A stretch of 48,436 bases of DNA, taken from assembly GCA_001819605.1 (NCBI GenBank), contig MHNE01000002.1, positions 1 through 48,436 on the forward strand. Direction: 5' to 3'. Position numbers and translations under genes: made by a program. Of this stretch, positions 46,936 through 48,436 are shown in pieces; position 1 is the first letter of the stretch, and each line of letters opens with the position of its first letter. This stretch comes from Candidatus Portnoybacteria bacterium RIFCSPLOWO2_01_FULL_43_11 (GTDB taxonomy: Bacteria > Patescibacteriota > Minisyncoccia > Portnoybacterales > UBA2143). A model generated the notes under the pieces. That model was not told the DNA's origin. It searched no databases and worked only from the letters and a program-made list of their open reading frames with translations.

Positions 46936-48015
46936 ATGTTTTTTCATCTTAAAAAACTTGACTGGTTTTTAATCGTTATCGCCCTGCTTCTAACCGGAAT
47001 AGGGCTTCTATCTATTTACAGCACGAGTCAGGAAAATTTAGTGAATTTTAAAAAACAGATTCTATTTATCGGTTCGGGATTTTTTTTAATGTTCGGGTTG
47101 AGTCTTTTTGATTACAGAATTTTAAAAAACCATTCAGTAATTTTAATTATTCTTTATGTCTTTTGTTTGGTTTTGCTTGGCGGACTATTTTTTTTAGGGC
47201 GGGAAGTGCGGGGATCGGTTAGCTGGTTTCAGTTTGGTTTTTTAAATTTTCAGCCGGTTGAATTAGCGAAAATAGTCATTATTTTGATTTTAGCCAAGTA
47301 TTTTTCTTTTCGCCACATTGAGATGTACAGAATTCGTCATATTATTATTTCCGGCGTATATATCGGCTTGCCCGCTTTATTGTTATTTCCTCAACCGGAC
47401 TTAGGCTCTGTTCTGATTTTGGGCAGTATTTGGCTGGGCGTAATGCTTATAGCCGGAATTAAGACGCGTCATCTGATTGTTTTAACTTTAGTCGCGATTC
47501 TTTTAGTGGGCGGCAGCTGGTTTTTACTTCTAAGAGATTATCAGAAGCAGAGAATTTTAACTTTTATTAATCCTCAAACAGATCCCTATGGTCAGGGATA
47601 TAATATCGTTCAGTCTTTAATCAGTGTCGGTTCAGGCGGTCTTTTTGGAAAGGGGCAGGGACAGGGTTCTCAAAGTCAACTTAAGTTTCTACCCGAACGA
47701 CAAACGGATTTTATCTTCGCGAGCATTGCCGAAGAAAGGGGATTAGTCGGCGTATTTTTTTTGTCAGTTCTTTTTGCTTTATTGTTTTGGAGGATATTAA
47801 AGATTGCTATTTTTTCAAGTAATAATTTCTCTCGTCTTTTCGCGTCCGGTTTTGTTATTATGCTTTTTTCGCAAATGTTTATTAATGTTGGAATGAATAT
47901 GGCCATTTTACCAATCACCGGTTTAACTTTGCCTTTTGTCAGCTACGGCGGCAGTAGTTTGTTAACCATATTTTTAGGGCTCGGGATTTTACAGAGCATT
48001 AAAGCGAGGAGTTAA
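46936..48015 (+). CDS. SEDS-family peptidoglycan glycosyltransferase (RodA/FtsW)
   Basis: A topology of about ten TM helices and SEDS motifs (FQPVELAKIVIIL, PDLGSVLIL, LPERQTDFIFASIAEERG, LPFVSYGGSS). Confidence 0.9.
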   Translation: MFFHLKKLDWFLIVIALLLTGIGLLSIYSTSQENLVNFKKQILFIGSGFFLMFGLSLFDYRILKNHSVILIILYVFCLVLLGGLFFLGREVRGSVSWFQFGFLNFQPVELAKIVIILILAKYFSFRHIEMYRIRHIIISGVYIGLPALLLFPQPDLGSVLILGSIWLGVMLIAGIKTRHLIVLTLVAILLVGGSWFLLLRDYQKQRILTFINPQTDPYGQGYNIVQSLISVGSGGLFGKGQGQGSQSQLKFLPERQTDFIFASIAEERGLVGVFFLSVLFALLFWRILKIAIFSSNNFSRLFASGFVIMLFSQMFINVGMNMAILPITGLTLPFVSYGGSSLLTIFLGLGILQSIKARS

Positions 48016-48036
48016 ACTTTTTTAATAAATAATAAT

Positions 48037-48073
48037 AAAAACCCTCAAACATTTAACTCGTTAGAGGGTTTTT
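48037..48073. terminator. Bidirectional terminator-like hairpin between convergent genes
   Basis: Stem AAAAACCCTC / GAGGGTTTTT with a 17-nt loop. A/T runs lie on both sides. Confidence 0.55.
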
Positions 48074-48085
48074 AAATTAAGCTGA

Positions 48086-48295
48086 TTAAAATATGTCTAT
48101 TTTTCTTTTAGCTTGTTTGGCTTTACTTAGTTCTAATTGTCTTAAAAAGCCTTCTATCTGATCCAGTCGATAAATCCTATAATTGTTTGCCGGATGGCGA
48201 TATGGCTTTAAAATCCCTCGCCTATCCCAGTTTCTAAGCGTTAGGGGAGTCACATGGAGCAACTTAGCCGCTTTTTTAATAGTAACATATTTCAT
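48086..48295 (-). CDS. Small MerR/excisionase-type helix-turn-helix DNA-binding protein
   Basis: YVTIKKAAKLLHVTPLTLRNWDRRGILKPYRHPANNYRIY matches the MerR-family/Xis-like HTH pattern. Confidence 0.7.
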   Translation of the reverse strand: MKYVTIKKAAKLLHVTPLTLRNWDRRGILKPYRHPANNYRIYRLDQIEGFLRQLELSKAKQAKRKIDIF

Positions 48296-48367
48296 AGTTT
48301 ACGATGTTATTTATTAATGTTTTGTAATCTTACTTATATTTTAGCTTTTATAAATAAAGCATGTCAA

Positions 48368-48430
48368 CCCCGCACCTATTAAGGATAACTAAATTACTTA
48401 TAATAATATTAATCCTTAATAGGTGCGGGG
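48368..48430. mobile_element. Palindromic MITE-like element, copy 3
   Basis: Perfect 18-bp inverted repeat CCCCGCACCTATTAAGGA / TCCTTAATAGGTGCGGGG. TCAA direct repeats at 48364-48367 and 48431-48434. Confidence 0.75.
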
Positions 48431-48436
48431 TCAATA

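Overview
48.4-kb window from a visibly AT-rich, small-genome bacterium that looks like a Candidate Phyla Radiation / Patescibacteria member. Supporting traits: a divergent 16S with mismatches at universal primer sites, an expanded 23S carrying a group I intron, Lys/Glu-rich tails on L32 and S16, minor-pilin clusters and giant secreted surface proteins. This assignment comes from sequence reading only; no database search was run. Gene content, left to right: a 5-prime-partial giant surface protein of more than 2,400 aa; murJ; lepA; an FtsB/DivIC-like gene; tRNA-Gly; two secreted proteins sharing a C-terminal module with the giant protein; NDH-2; DoxX; tRNA-Thr; an intact IS30-family element; a sharply GC-rich two-gene envelope cassette; a coiled-coil/CuA-cupredoxin fusion; a domain-1-less prfB; ftsEX; tRNA-Gln; small membrane proteins; HtrA; two paralogous minor-pilin sets around a PA14-domain giant protein; rpmF-nusB-rnc-rpsP-KH-trmD; a fragmented rRNA locus (16S, tRNA-Ile, a membrane-protein gene, a nested palindrome, 23S with an I-CreI-like LAGLIDADG intron, 5S); a hypothetical membrane protein; a SEDS protein (RodA/FtsW); and a MerR-like gene. 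The most interesting signal is a family of about 62-65-bp palindromic MITE-like elements with conserved CCCCGCACCT...AGGTGCGGGG tips. Each is flanked by a 4-bp direct duplication. Two copies lie in-frame and stop-free inside the essential translation genes lepA and prfB, and removing them in silico restores canonical protein alignments. Other leads are the GC-rich island next to IS30/tRNA-Thr, an identical TTATCCACAG-N30-TATAAT architecture ahead of both pilin sets, an RF2 lacking domain 1, a long hairpin in the rnc leader, and a fully compensated remodelling of the 16S decoding helix. No CRISPR array and no recognisable defence, toxin or prophage module were seen. CDS coordinates follow the supplied ORF track, with some starts revised. 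Coordinates of RNA genes, repeats and regulatory sites were derived by hand and may be off by 1-3 nt.
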